The notes under the pieces were generated by a model that searched no databases, was not told where the DNA came from, and saw only the letters and a list, made by a program, of their open reading frames with translations. DNA of 64,000 bases, taken from assembly GCA_965215505.1 (NCBI GenBank), contig OZ244065.1:1024001-1088000 (forward strand), read 5' to 3'. Below, piece by piece: positions 36,178 through 46,957 of this stretch (the stretch's first letter is position 1; the number at the start of each line of letters is the position of its first letter). Source of the DNA: Capsulimonadaceae bacterium (GTDB lineage Bacteria > Armatimonadota > Armatimonadia > Armatimonadales > Capsulimonadaceae). A program made the position numbers and the translations under genes.

Positions 36178-37035
36178 TCACCCGCCGTTCTTCACCTGCC
36201 CGATCAGCGTGAGGAGCGCGTGGTCCTGATCGCCCATGACCTGCTCGGCGACGGCGGCCAGGTCCAGGTTACGGTCCAGCCCTTCCTTCAGAACCTTCTT
36301 TGCCTTGTCCCGGCTGCCCTGGTGGACGTAAAGCCCGGCGAGGCCCAGATAGGCGACGGCATACTCGGGGGCGACCTTTTTGGACTGCGTGTACATGGCC
36401 TCGGCCCGCACTTCGTCCTTCTGTTGGTAGGCCTGCTCGCCCTGCTGCCGGTAGATGTTGGCCCGCTCCTGTTTTTCCTCGGGGGTGGAGAGTTGGTAGT
36501 CGAACTTGGCGTCACGCAGTTTACTGTCCAAGGCGTTCTTGATCTGTTTGAGCAGGAAGTCCGCGAACTTGTCCGTCGGCATCCCGTTCAGGGCGGCCGA
36601 GGCACCGTCAGCGGTCACGACGAACTGGCTGTCTCCGGGGGGGGCCAGGACATACTCTTTTTCCTTCTTTTTGAAGGCCGGCGTCAGCTTGCTCCAGAAC
36701 GACCGGTCTGCCAGCGACGCCTTTTGCAGCCGGCCGGCGATGATTCGTGCCCGGTCCATCGGGGTGAGGGTCTTGGTTCCGGCAGGGATCTCCAGCACCG
36801 GCGTCTGGTGGCCGTCCGCGTCCACGAAGTCAACCTCGTACACGGTCCCAACCAGGTCGTCATGCTGGAAGGCCTGGAACTGGTAGGGAGCACCCAGCGC
36901 CGCGTCGGCAGTCGTCGGCGTCGTGTTGGGGGCCGTGGCCGCCGCAGCCGTGTCGGCGGGTGGGTCGGTACGGGCCAGGGCGGGGACTGTCAGGAGGCTG
37001 CCCAGGAGGCAGGCGGCGAGGAGCGGGTGTTTCAT
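36178..37035 (-). CDS. Exported TPR-containing protein
   Basis: Signal peptide MKHPLLAACLLGSLLTVPALA; C-terminal TPR AEAMYTQSKKVAPEYAVAYLGLAGLY...KAKKVLKEGL. Confidence 0.8.
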   Translation of the reverse strand: MKHPLLAACLLGSLLTVPALARTDPPADTAAAATAPNTTPTTADAALGAPYQFQAFQHDDLVGTVYEVDFVDADGHQTPVLEIPAGTKTLTPMDRARIIAGRLQKASLADRSFWSKLTPAFKKKEKEYVLAPPGDSQFVVTADGASAALNGMPTDKFADFLLKQIKNALDSKLRDAKFDYQLSTPEEKQERANIYRQQGEQAYQQKDEVRAEAMYTQSKKVAPEYAVAYLGLAGLYVHQGSRDKAKKVLKEGLDRNLDLAAVAEQVMGDQDHALLTLIGQVKNGG

Positions 37036-37140
37036 GGCGTTCAGCCTTTCGGGACGTTCGCTTTCGGGACGTTCGGTGGAACAGGTCAGAAACGGACGGG
37101 GCAGCAAGGGAGCGGCAAGAGAGCGACGTTTCTTGAGCCT

Positions 37141-37170
37141 ATTCTATCATAAAGACCTCGGATTTGTCAA
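37141..37170 (-). promoter_or_regulatory. Sigma70-type promoter for the TPR gene
   Basis: Minus strand TTGACA-N18-TAGAAT with extended TG. Confidence 0.6.
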
Positions 37171-37276
37171 CGGAAACATTGCCGGGTCCTCCGGCCTCCT
37201 GAGTATGCCCGCTCGCGCGGCATTCTCCTGTGACCGATTTCACGCGGGCCCTGTGACACATGCGCCTCGAGGTTCC

Positions 37277-37305
37277 TTGACACGCCCCGGCAAACCTTGT
37301 ATAGT
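37277..37305 (+). promoter_or_regulatory. Sigma70-type promoter for the WD40-caspase gene
   Basis: TTGACA-N17-TATAGT. Confidence 0.7.
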
Positions 37306-37414
37306 TGTTTGTGTGATCCATTGAACGCAGACCCTGCCCGGCGGTACGCTCGCCGGGCGGCGTATGTCCCTACTCCCCGCACGGAGAAACCACTTCTCGA
37401 CATGAGGTTCTGCC

Positions 37415-40400
37415 ATGAAACTGCTGTTGCACCTGTGTCTCACCCTCCTCCTGGGCCTCGGATTCCTAGGCCCCGGACTGCGCGCCGTGACGGCACAGTC
37501 CGACCAGCCCATTCTGTTCCTCGACCCCGGCGGCCACACCGGCATCGTCCGCCAGGCCCTGTTCACGCCGGGCGGCAGGGAGCTGATCTCGGTCGGCGAG
37601 GACAAAGTCATCCGCGTCTGGGACACCCAGACCGGCAAACAACTGGGCACCATCCACGGCCAGATCGGGGAGGGGCCGCACGGCCAATTGTACGCGGCCG
37701 CCCTCAGCCGGGACGGCAAGACGCTGGCGGTGGCGGGCAACACCTATGAAGGCGCGTTGTCGAACGACTTCGACAAGAACCGCGTCTACATCCACCTGAT
37801 TCACCTGGAGGACCTGCACGCCCAGCCGATGCGCGTCTCCATGAGCCTTCTCCCCGCCGACGGCGCGGTCAAGGCGCACATGAGTACGATCTTCACCCTG
37901 GCCTTCTCGCCGACGGACAACACGCTCCTGGCGAGCGGCAGCCTGGACAACAACGTCTGCCTTTGGAACACGCACACGGGGAGTGTCATGAAGGTGCTGG
38001 AAGGGCATGAACGCGGCGTGGACGGCCTCGCGTGGTCGCCCGACGGCACCCACCTCGCCAGCGCCAGCCTGGACGGGACGGTGCGCGTGTGGAACGCCCG
38101 GTCCGGCAACGTGGAGAAGGAACTGAAACTCGACCACCTGGTCCGCTCGGTCGCCTGGTCGCCGGACGCCAAGATGATCGCGGCCGGCAGCAGCAGCGGC
38201 GTGATCGTTCTTTACCAGGCCGACGGCTACCGTAAGGTCGCCTCCTGGAGTCAGAGTCAGTCCGTCAGCAGCCTGGCTTTCAGCCCGGATGGTCAGTCCC
38301 TGGTCAGCGCTCAGGAGGGAGTGGGACCGCAGTACCCGGTCAAGATCTGGACCGTCCCTGGGGGACGCCCCACGGGGGCGTTCCAGGGACATACGGCGAA
38401 CGTGACGTCCCTCGCCTTCTCCGATGACGGCCGGCTCGTGGCCAGCGCCGGCGGCCGTGACAACGACGTCTACCTCTGGCAGTTGTCCGGCACCGGCCCC
38501 GTCCAGACCCTTCGCGGCAGCGGCGGGGCGACATCGGACGTCGCCTGGTCCCAGGAAACCGGGCCGGAGGGCAGAGTCATTTACCGGCTGTCCTGGAAGA
38601 CCCGGAATGCGGGCGGCACGGAGGACGAACACGTCTTCGACTTCTCGCAGGCGATGACAACCCGGAAGTCCAAGACGTGGCCCTGGCAGGGGCCTCTCAC
38701 GCACCTCCCCGATGGCCGGTCCTTGTCCCCGATCGACCCGCTCCAGCCGAGGCTCGCCGTGACGGTCGGTGGCGGTCAGGCCGTCTCCTTCCCACCGACG
38801 CCCGGCCCCACGGATTTCACGGCCCAGAGTGACTTCGTCCTCTGCGACACCTTCACGCCGGACGGTTCGGGGGTGCTGGTCGGCTCGCGGTTCTCGCTCG
38901 CCCTCTACAGCGCCTCCAGCGGCGCACTCCTCCGGAAGTTCGTCGGGCACAGCGGCCCGCTCCAGGCGGTCGCGGTGACGCCCGACGGCAAGTACCTGGC
39001 CTCGGCGTCCTCCGACCAGACGGTCGCCGTCTGGCCACTCGGGGGCAGCCGCGCCGAGGTCCCCTCCCCCCTCGTCCAGCTCTTCGCCGGCTCGGACAAC
39101 GAGTACGTCGCCTGGAACCCCGAGTACGGCTACTACGCCTGCTCGCCCGAAGGGGAGCGGCTGATCGGGTGGCAGACCAACAACGGCGAGGGCCGGCTGG
39201 CGGATTACGCCCCCGCGTCCAGTTTCGTCAACCGCAACCGCCCGGCCGTCATGCGGCTGATGCTGGACAAGGGCAGCGCCCTGGAAGCCATCGCGGCGGC
39301 GGGCAGCTCCCCGCAGAAGATCGAGCAGACGGCCCCGCGCGTCGATGTCCAGTCCGTGGACGGCGTCAGCCTCACGGCCGACCAGGCGAAGAGCGCCCGC
39401 TTCAAAGTGACCGTCACGGCACACGCGGGCGGCGCGCTCGAGAGCGTCAGCCTCTCGGTGAACGGGCACCAGAGGGCCGTGCGCCGCTTCGGCGGCGCGG
39501 ATCCGGACACCCGCGACTTCCAGCAGGTGGGGGACGGCTGGGTCGGCACCCTCGCCGTCAAGCTGCCGCCCGGCGCGGACACGGTCACGGCCCTCGCGAC
39601 CGGCGTGGACAAGGCGGAAAGCCCCCGCGCGGGCGTCGCCGTCACGACGCCCACGACTTCCGCCCTGCCGACGCTGAACCTCCTCGCCATCGGCATCGCC
39701 AAGTACGACCGGTTCCTGGACCTGAACTACCCGGACGCGGACGCGGTTTCCATCGCCAAAGCCTTCAAGGACCAGGAAGGGAAGCTGTTCAGCCGGGTGG
39801 ACGCGGTTTCCCTGACCAACGGCCAGGCGACCAAGGCCGGGATCGAGAAGGCGCTGGCGGACCTGAAGAGGCGCGGGCAGGCCCAGGACGAGAACGACTA
39901 CACCGTCGTCTTCGTCGCCGGGCACGGCGGCGACGTGGACGCCCAGAAGTACTACCTGATCCCGAGCGACGTGGACACGTCCACGGTCGAGGACGTCAAG
40001 CGAACGGCTGTGGAGTGGTCACACTTCGACGACGCCTTGCAGTCCATGCCGGGCAACGTCATCTTCCTGCTGGACGCCTGCCACTCGGCGGGCAAGGGCG
40101 GGAGCAACAACGCCGCCTACGCCGCCATCATGGCGCAGCTGGAACACCGGGTGGAGAACGGCTCCTCGCCCATCATCACCTTCGCCTCCTGCGAGGCCAG
40201 CGAAACCAGCCAGGAGGACCCGCAGTGGAAGCACGGGGCGTTCACCCTCGCCCTGCTGGACGGCCTTGCGGGGGCCGCCGACGAACGCCACAACGGCCGG
40301 GTGGATGCCCAGGAGCTGGAATACTTCATCCACAGCAGGGTCATCGCGCTGACGGGGGGCCAGCAGCATACGCAGGCCTTCGGCACCAACGTCACCGGCA

Positions 40401-40483
40401 GGCAGACCGCCCTGACGCTGGCGATCGTCGGCCCGGCCCGGACCGCAGCGGCCCCGGCCACGGACCGGCAGGCGCGTCGGTAG
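37415..40483 (+). CDS. Exported WD40-repeat protein with C-terminal caspase-family (C14) peptidase
   Basis: Signal peptide; many GH...AWSPDG...ASAS.D.TV.VW repeats; LLAIGIAKY, LNYPDADA, FVAGHG (His), LLDACHS (Cys), HGAFT. Confidence 0.92.
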   Translation: MKLLLHLCLTLLLGLGFLGPGLRAVTAQSDQPILFLDPGGHTGIVRQALFTPGGRELISVGEDKVIRVWDTQTGKQLGTIHGQIGEGPHGQLYAAALSRDGKTLAVAGNTYEGALSNDFDKNRVYIHLIHLEDLHAQPMRVSMSLLPADGAVKAHMSTIFTLAFSPTDNTLLASGSLDNNVCLWNTHTGSVMKVLEGHERGVDGLAWSPDGTHLASASLDGTVRVWNARSGNVEKELKLDHLVRSVAWSPDAKMIAAGSSSGVIVLYQADGYRKVASWSQSQSVSSLAFSPDGQSLVSAQEGVGPQYPVKIWTVPGGRPTGAFQGHTANVTSLAFSDDGRLVASAGGRDNDVYLWQLSGTGPVQTLRGSGGATSDVAWSQETGPEGRVIYRLSWKTRNAGGTEDEHVFDFSQAMTTRKSKTWPWQGPLTHLPDGRSLSPIDPLQPRLAVTVGGGQAVSFPPTPGPTDFTAQSDFVLCDTFTPDGSGVLVGSRFSLALYSASSGALLRKFVGHSGPLQAVAVTPDGKYLASASSDQTVAVWPLGGSRAEVPSPLVQLFAGSDNEYVAWNPEYGYYACSPEGERLIGWQTNNGEGRLADYAPASSFVNRNRPAVMRLMLDKGSALEAIAAAGSSPQKIEQTAPRVDVQSVDGVSLTADQAKSARFKVTVTAHAGGALESVSLSVNGHQRAVRRFGGADPDTRDFQQVGDGWVGTLAVKLPPGADTVTALATGVDKAESPRAGVAVTTPTTSALPTLNLLAIGIAKYDRFLDLNYPDADAVSIAKAFKDQEGKLFSRVDAVSLTNGQATKAGIEKALADLKRRGQAQDENDYTVVFVAGHGGDVDAQKYYLIPSDVDTSTVEDVKRTAVEWSHFDDALQSMPGNVIFLLDACHSAGKGGSNNAAYAAIMAQLEHRVENGSSPIITFASCEASETSQEDPQWKHGAFTLALLDGLAGAADERHNGRVDAQELEYFIHSRVIALTGGQQHTQAFGTNVTGRQTALTLAIVGPARTAAAPATDRQARR

Positions 40484-40502
40484 GCGACAAAGGCGGAACA
40501 AA

Positions 40503-40535
40503 AAAGCCGGCCGGGGAATGTCCCCGGCCGGCTTT
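40503..40535. terminator. Bidirectional intrinsic terminator
   Basis: AAAGCCGGCCGGGGA-ATG-TCCCCGGCCGGCTTT with A/T flanks, between convergent genes. Confidence 0.88.
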
Positions 40536-40573
40536 CCGTCGTCTAAACCATCGCACTGCTTGAAGCCGCCGCG

Positions 40574-41329
40574 CTACTTGAAGTTGTAGACCAGGCTCAG
40601 GTTGGTGCGGGCGAGGTCGTTGTGGATGCCCGTCCCGAACGACCCCGGCGGCTTGTTGTAGTTGACCTTCCAGTAGGAGGCGCTGAGGCTGTAACGGGGG
40701 GTCAGGCGGTAGACCGCGCCCGCCGTGTAGGTGTACCCCGTGTCGCCGATGCTGTGGCGGACGAAGTACGGGCCGACGCCCACCTGGAGGCCCAGGTTGG
40801 ACTTCTTGGGGAGCGTCGGCTGGTATAGCAGGAACCCGTAGTACTCGAACAGGCCGCTCTGCTGCCCGCGCGTCGCCCCGCCGACCGTGGCCTGGGCGGA
40901 GAAGTTCTGGTTGATGTTGTACTGGCCATAAATCCCCAGCCGGTCCGGGTTGTTGTTCTTGTCGCTCGTGTGGCCCCAATACCAGGCGCCGAGGACGAAC
41001 GAACTCGGCTGGTTTCCGGGGTTGGGACGCAGCGGGAAATGCTTCTCCAACTGGACGAACGGGCCGAAGTTGTTGCGCTTCCTCGTCGCGAAGTCCCCAT
41101 TCCCGGCGGGGGAGGTGTCGGTGAACTGGAAGACCGTCAGCGGGCTGACGCTCAGGTAGGTCCGCCCCTCCTGGATGACGGAGACTTTGCCGCTCTTGTC
41201 CACCACCCGCTCTCCAGTCCCCCCCTGCCCCAGCGAGGTCGGGAACTGTGCCGAGGCCGGGAGCGCGGCCGCCGCCAGCCCGAGCGCCAGGGCGGCGCGG
41301 GCCGCGCCCTTCCATAAAATCAGGCTCAA
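40574..41329 (-). CDS. Small outer-membrane beta-barrel-like protein
   Basis: Signal peptide ending ASAQ; alternating aromatic/hydrophobic strands; C-terminal NLSLVYNFK resembles a beta-signal. Confidence 0.7.
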   Translation of the reverse strand: MSLILWKGAARAALALGLAAAALPASAQFPTSLGQGGTGERVVDKSGKVSVIQEGRTYLSVSPLTVFQFTDTSPAGNGDFATRKRNNFGPFVQLEKHFPLRPNPGNQPSSFVLGAWYWGHTSDKNNNPDRLGIYGQYNINQNFSAQATVGGATRGQQSGLFEYYGFLLYQPTLPKKSNLGLQVGVGPYFVRHSIGDTGYTYTAGAVYRLTPRYSLSASYWKVNYNKPPGSFGTGIHNDLARTNLSLVYNFK

Positions 41330-41415
41330 TGAGTCACCTCCAAAGTCGTAGTTTCAGCGTCGTCGTTCCCACGGCCGGGGGCCGGCCGAGAAAGGCCGGC
41401 CCCCGGCGAAGCCGC

Positions 41416-44400
41416 TCAGGGCGACGGGACCAGCAGGGTGCAGGGCTGATAGGCGAGGACCCAGTAGCCGAGATAGGGGTCCAGCGTGTTGATAGGAGCC
41501 GGTGGGGTGATGCTGGCAGGTGTGACCGGCAGATATGTCAATGTGTTTGGAGCTGCCTGCGTCACGCCGTATTTGTAGAACGTGAAGCTGAGGACCGCAT
41601 TGTCGCTGGCAGTTTTCAGATCGGTCGGTGTGCCACCGACCTGGACTCCCATGCTGGTAGTGATTGGCTGCACGAGAAGATCGTTCATTTTCACCGTCCC
41701 TGCGAAGGGGTTGCCTATCATGTTCCATCCAGGAGAGAGTGGAATGGAGAAGCGCCCGTTGACGTCCGTGGTCGCAGGCACGCCGCGCCGGCCCAGAGCG
41801 ACTTCCGCGCCCGTCGCGGGATCTGGGAAACGTCCCCAGTAGCCCTTTCCGATGACTAGTTTCTCCGCAGTGATTCCAGTGAGCAGGATGTAAGCCCCTC
41901 CGGTCGAGTTCCCGTTGCTGTCTTTCGCAGCGGGGTCCCAGACCGCTAACTTGATGCCACTGGAAACCAGACTGAAATCGGTGGGATTGAGGGATTCCAG
42001 CACGGCATCCGGGAAGAGCGGTACGCCCGTGGCTTTATCCACAAACACGGAGTAGTCGAAAGGCGTGGAGAGCATCTGCAACCCGCCACCGTAGTGGGCG
42101 GATACAACAGGCCCAAGCGGCGTGACGCGGGTGGATACCACAGGCCCAAGCGGCGTGACGGCGAATGTGGCCGTAGCGATTGAGGCGGCAGGGGCAGGAT
42201 TGTTCACCGTAATCGTCGCCGAGCTAGATATAGCGATCAAGGAAGTGCCTGGTATCGGGTCGCTGATCGCGTTTATTCCCCCTGGAACATTCACTGTGAT
42301 ATGAGCCGAATCAGTGACTATGGCAGCCAACGTCCTTATCAGACCGGCTTGGGTTGTGTAAGTGACCGTGCTGCCCGTAGTCGGGCTATTCGCATCCGTG
42401 GGCTGCACAAAGCCAGTGCCGGTGATGATGACGGATATGTCACCACTCCCGACAGGCACCGAGGCGGGGGCGAGGGTGAGGCCGCCCAGAGCCGGGTTAT
42501 TGACAGTGAACGAATTGCTTGCTACGGAAGAACCGCCGCCGGTCGCGGTCAGTTGATCGTTCGCACCCGCCTGGCTGATCTTCAGGTCGCTGAATGTGGC
42601 GATGCCAGCCGAACTCGTGTTTTGAGTCAATGTGCCACTCAATGTCCCGCCGCCCTTGGTTAAGGACAAAACAATCGGGATGCCGGCCAGCGTATTCCCG
42701 TTCGCGTCTGTCAGAAGCACGTTCACTGCCGGGTTGGCGTAGTTCCCCGCCGTGAACACGGTCGGCTGCACCGAGAAGCTGATCTTCGTGGTGGCGCTGG
42801 TAGTCACCTGGATCGGATTGCTCGGCGATGAACTGATAACGCTGTTAGTAGCGGTCACGAGGCTAGTAGCGGTCAGGAGGTAAGTGCCGACTTTATTGAT
42901 GTTCAGGCTACTAAAGGTTGCAACACCGCCGGTCGTCGTACCCGATGCTCCTGAGAGGATAGTCCCGGCAGCAGCGGCGGTGTTATCGGCGTTCGTGAGC
43001 GCCAGTGTGACTGTGGTGTTGTCCAGGGCAGGATTGCCTTCATTGTCCGTGACCTTGACCAGCACAGAAGGTGTGATGGGTGCCCCTGCGGCGAATGTGG
43101 CAGGTTTAGTAGGATCAGTGGTCGGCTGCTGGGTGATGGTTATCAGTTTGAGTATGCCGGTTGTGACGACCACCGGGGTACTCGGTGCCGAAGGGACAGC
43201 TCCGGCGGTGGCGGTCAGGACATAGGACCCGACTTTATTGATGCTCAGGAGGGCACTGTTCAGGCTGCTGAAGGTTGCCACGCCACCGACGGTACTGATG
43301 CCGGACGCTCCTGAGAGCCTGGTCCCAGCCGCAACGGAGGTGCCATCGGCGTTGGTGAGCGCCAGGGTGACTGGAGTGCCGTCCGGCGCGGGATTGCCCT
43401 GTCTATCTTTGACAGTCACCGTCAGGGAGAACAGGCTTGAGGGGTCTGCCGTCACCGAGGTCGGCGTCGGCCCGCCCGTGATGGCGACGCCAGAAACGGT
43501 GCCGGTGCCGACCGTCACCAGATCGCTGACCACAGGCGTCGCACCAGCGACTTTGACTTGCAGGGTGTATGAGCCGGCGATGTTGATGTTCAGGGCGCTG
43601 AAGTTCGCCGCGCCGCTCACCGTCTTAACACCAGATGCCCCGCTCAGGATGATGTTCATGTCGGCTATCGGCGTCACGCCATCAGCTTTCAGCAAAGCCA
43701 GTGTGACGGGTGTGCCGTCGGTGACCGGGTTGCCTTCGGCATCCTGGACCGTGACGCTCAGGGCGAACGTGCTGGCGGCGTCCGCCGTCACCGAAGTCGG
43801 CGTCGGCTGCTGCGTGATCGTAACATGGGGTGCGCCAGGGGTGATCGTGACCGAACTGCTCGGCCGTGCTGAGGTGATCGCACTAAGGCCGGTGCCGGTC
43901 TGCGCTGCCAGAACGTAGGTCCCGATCTTGTTGATGTTGAGTTTGCTGAACGCCGCCCTACCAGCGCTCGTAGTCGCTGAAGGTGCGATGGGGGCCGTGC
44001 CGGAGGCGTCTGTGAGGCTTGTTCCCGATGTCAGAGCAGAACCATCGGCATGGGACAGAACCGGTGTCACGGTCGTGCCATCAATGACGGGGTTGCCGTA
44101 GGCATCTGCGATGGCGATGCCAAGCGAGAACGTCCCGTCTGCGGACGTCGTGGATGGGTTAGGCCCGGTGAAGGCGAAACCGGCGGGTGCCGCCGGCCCA
44201 GGCCTTATGGTGATGCCGGCGTCGGAAGCCGTCTGACCGCCTCCAGTAGCTGTCAGTGTGTAAGGGTTGATGCTCGATGCGCTCGGGCTGGTTGTGTTGG
44301 CTTGTGTAATGCTCAGGTTGAATGTCACCGTTCCACTTGCGGGGGTGATCTGCGGATTCGCGCTGGTCGTGATGAACGGCACGGACGCTCCGGTGGAGTC

Positions 44401-46902
44401 AGTCAGAGTCAGCGTCACAGGCTGCCCAGGAATGGGATTGCCGGTGCTGTCGAGCAATATCAGTGTGGCGCTAAAGGATGTGCCAGCCTGCGGCGGGATC
44501 GTGGGAACGGGAGTAAAGCGCAGGGTGGTGCTGCTCGAAGTGACGGCAACGAGATTGCTGTCCGCCGTCTTGCCATCGGCAGTGGCGGTGATGATGTAAT
44601 TGCCGGTCGAAGTGATGTCCATGTCGGCAAAGGTCGCCACACCACCGCTGGTCGTTGTGACCGTTTTTGTTCCGACCAGCTTCCCGGTAGCATCCACGCC
44701 CGTGTCTGTTTTCATCGTCAGCGTGACGGGCCTGCCATTGACGCCGTTACCCTCCGCATCCGTGGCAGCCGCCCCGAGACGGAACATAGTTCCGGCAGGA
44801 ACGGTGCTGGGCGGCTGCTGGCTGATGACGACGGAGGCGACCGCGCCGGGAGTCACCGTGATGGAGTTGCTGGCTGCGGATGTCACCGTAACCGCGTTAG
44901 CGGTCGCGGTGGCGACGAGGGCGTGCGTACCGGTCTTGTTGATGTTGAGGCTGCCGAAAAAGGCGGTGCCGGTGGTCGAGGTCGCCGACGGGGGCATCGT
45001 CGCCGGGCTGGCCGAGGCGTCGGACAGGGTCGCGGTGTCCGGCGCGACCAGTGCGAGCGTGAACGTCGTCGGCGTCGTGATCGGGTTGCCTTCCGCGTCC
45101 GTGGCTGTCACGCCTGCCGAGAACGTGTTGTCCGCCGAAACCGTCGTCGGCGCGGTCGCCGGGGTGGTCGCTGGCTGGGGGCTGATGGTCACCGTATGCA
45201 GCGCGCCTGCGACAATGGCGACGGGGCTGCTGTCCGCCGAGGAGATGCCGCCGCTGGTGGCCGTGAGGGTGTAGGTCCCCACCTTGTTGACGTTGAGCGT
45301 GAACGAGGCAATGCCGCCGCTGGTGGTGGCCGAGCCGCCGACCAGAGTGGCGGTCCCCCCGGCCGTGGGGGTGCCGTTGAGCGCCAGTGTGACCGGCGTA
45401 CCGTCAGTGACCGAGTTGGAACCGGCGTCCATGACCGTGGCCTGGAGTGTGAAGGTGTTGTCAGCAGAGATGGAGGCCGGAGGCTGCTGCGTGATGGCGA
45501 CGGAGGCTGGGACGTCGGCGGTGATGGCTATGGCGCTGGTGTCAACAAAGTCGGTGGATACGCCGCTGGTGACCTGCAGGATGTAAGAGCCGGTCTTGTT
45601 GATTCTCAGCGCGTTGAATGTCGCCACGCCGTTGCTGGTAGTGACGCCGGATGCTCCCGTAAGGGTCACTCCATTGGCAACGGCGGTGCCACTGGGATTC
45701 AGCAGGGTGAGTGTGACCGCCGTACCGTCGGTGACGGTGTTGCCGTCGGCATCCGTGACTCTTGCCTTCAGCGAGAAGGCATTGCCTGCTGAGGCGGAGG
45801 CCGGTGGCTGCTGCGTGATGGAGACGCTGGCCGGTGCGCCGGCGCTGATGGTGATGCTGGTAGTGCCAGCGGCGGCGGGCGCGGGTGCGCTGGTCGCCGT
45901 CAGCGTGTAAGTGCCCGGCTTGTTGATGTTGAGGCTGCCGAAAGAGGCGGTGCCGCTGGTCGTAGTCGCGCTAGTCGTTCCTGCAAGGATAGCCCCTGGC
46001 GGAGTAGTAGGCTGGGTCAACGCCAGTGTGGCCGGCGTCCCGTCGGCGACCAGGTTGCCATACTGGTCTTTCACAATCACGGTTGTGGAAAAGAGCTGGT
46101 CGGTTGTCCTCGCGGTCGGGGACGGTGCCGGCAGACTCACCGAGTTGGGAACGTCGGGCGCGATCTTGAATGTGGCGGGGAGCGTTCCCGTAAGCCCCGC
46201 CGCCGAAGCCGTCAGCGAGTGGCTACTGCTGGTATCCGCGTTATCAATGGTAAAGGTGAAAGACACATCCCCGAAGGTGCCGGTCGTCGTCGGCCCCAAT
46301 GTCCCGATCGTCGCGGGCGGCGGCGATGGGTTCACGAAATCGGCGGGGTTGACACTCAGAGTCACCGGCACGCCGGGGTCGGCGACATCGTTGCCGTTCA
46401 CATCCTGCACCTGTACCGTCACCGTCATCGCGTGTCCCGCAGTGCCATTGACAGGCGGCGCGGAAAAGACCACTTGGTTCGCGGCTCCGGGCGTGACGGT
46501 GATCTGTCCACTCGCCGTTGATGTCACTCCCAGGCTGGTGGCGGTGATCTTGTAGGTGCCGGCCTTGTTGATTTTCAGATTCGGGAAACTCGCATTGCCC
46601 ACGCCACCGCTGACTTGCCCGATGGCGGGCGTTAGGGTCGTCCCACTCGGCGCGGGTGTCGCCCCATCCGCCTGCAAGAGGTTGAGCGTCACCGGCGTCG
46701 TGTCGGGGGCAGCCCCGCTATTGTCTACATGGACCGTGATCAAGAATGTGCTGGTCGGGTCAGCCGTTATAGACGAAGGAGCCGGCCCTGCGGTGATGGT
46801 GACGACCGGCACCGCCATCGCCGCCCTGGAACTGAATGTCAGTATCAGGAACGCGAAAAACGTGAGAAGCCGGAACAGCCGGAATTGAGGTTTCGCAAAC
46901 AT
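41416..46902 (-). CDS. Giant secreted Ig-like (Big_1/invasin-type) repeat surface protein
   Basis: Signal peptide; about a dozen ~110-aa Thr-rich repeats (QQP...DAxGNPVTDGTPVTL...GVATFSxLNINKxGxYxLxAT); distinct C-terminal domain with LSPGWNMIGNPF. Confidence 0.88.
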   Translation of the reverse strand: MFAKPQFRLFRLLTFFAFLILTFSSRAAMAVPVVTITAGPAPSSITADPTSTFLITVHVDNSGAAPDTTPVTLNLLQADGATPAPSGTTLTPAIGQVSGGVGNASFPNLKINKAGTYKITATSLGVTSTASGQITVTPGAANQVVFSAPPVNGTAGHAMTVTVQVQDVNGNDVADPGVPVTLSVNPADFVNPSPPPATIGTLGPTTTGTFGDVSFTFTIDNADTSSSHSLTASAAGLTGTLPATFKIAPDVPNSVSLPAPSPTARTTDQLFSTTVIVKDQYGNLVADGTPATLALTQPTTPPGAILAGTTSATTTSGTASFGSLNINKPGTYTLTATSAPAPAAAGTTSITISAGAPASVSITQQPPASASAGNAFSLKARVTDADGNTVTDGTAVTLTLLNPSGTAVANGVTLTGASGVTTSNGVATFNALRINKTGSYILQVTSGVSTDFVDTSAIAITADVPASVAITQQPPASISADNTFTLQATVMDAGSNSVTDGTPVTLALNGTPTAGGTATLVGGSATTSGGIASFTLNVNKVGTYTLTATSGGISSADSSPVAIVAGALHTVTISPQPATTPATAPTTVSADNTFSAGVTATDAEGNPITTPTTFTLALVAPDTATLSDASASPATMPPSATSTTGTAFFGSLNINKTGTHALVATATANAVTVTSAASNSITVTPGAVASVVISQQPPSTVPAGTMFRLGAAATDAEGNGVNGRPVTLTMKTDTGVDATGKLVGTKTVTTTSGGVATFADMDITSTGNYIITATADGKTADSNLVAVTSSSTTLRFTPVPTIPPQAGTSFSATLILLDSTGNPIPGQPVTLTLTDSTGASVPFITTSANPQITPASGTVTFNLSITQANTTSPSASSINPYTLTATGGGQTASDAGITIRPGPAAPAGFAFTGPNPSTTSADGTFSLGIAIADAYGNPVIDGTTVTPVLSHADGSALTSGTSLTDASGTAPIAPSATTSAGRAAFSKLNINKIGTYVLAAQTGTGLSAITSARPSSSVTITPGAPHVTITQQPTPTSVTADAASTFALSVTVQDAEGNPVTDGTPVTLALLKADGVTPIADMNIILSGASGVKTVSGAANFSALNINIAGSYTLQVKVAGATPVVSDLVTVGTGTVSGVAITGGPTPTSVTADPSSLFSLTVTVKDRQGNPAPDGTPVTLALTNADGTSVAAGTRLSGASGISTVGGVATFSSLNSALLSINKVGSYVLTATAGAVPSAPSTPVVVTTGILKLITITQQPTTDPTKPATFAAGAPITPSVLVKVTDNEGNPALDNTTVTLALTNADNTAAAAGTILSGASGTTTGGVATFSSLNINKVGTYLLTATSLVTATNSVISSSPSNPIQVTTSATTKISFSVQPTVFTAGNYANPAVNVLLTDANGNTLAGIPIVLSLTKGGGTLSGTLTQNTSSAGIATFSDLKISQAGANDQLTATGGGSSVASNSFTVNNPALGGLTLAPASVPVGSGDISVIITGTGFVQPTDANSPTTGSTVTYTTQAGLIRTLAAIVTDSAHITVNVPGGINAISDPIPGTSLIAISSSATITVNNPAPAASIATATFAVTPLGPVVSTRVTPLGPVVSAHYGGGLQMLSTPFDYSVFVDKATGVPLFPDAVLESLNPTDFSLVSSGIKLAVWDPAAKDSNGNSTGGAYILLTGITAEKLVIGKGYWGRFPDPATGAEVALGRRGVPATTDVNGRFSIPLSPGWNMIGNPFAGTVKMNDLLVQPITTSMGVQVGGTPTDLKTASDNAVLSFTFYKYGVTQAAPNTLTYLPVTPASITPPAPINTLDPYLGYWVLAYQPCTLLVPSP

Positions 46903-46957
46903 TGCACAATCCTTTAGGACGGGAAACAGGAGAATTGCTGGAGGGTACGCTCCGGGG

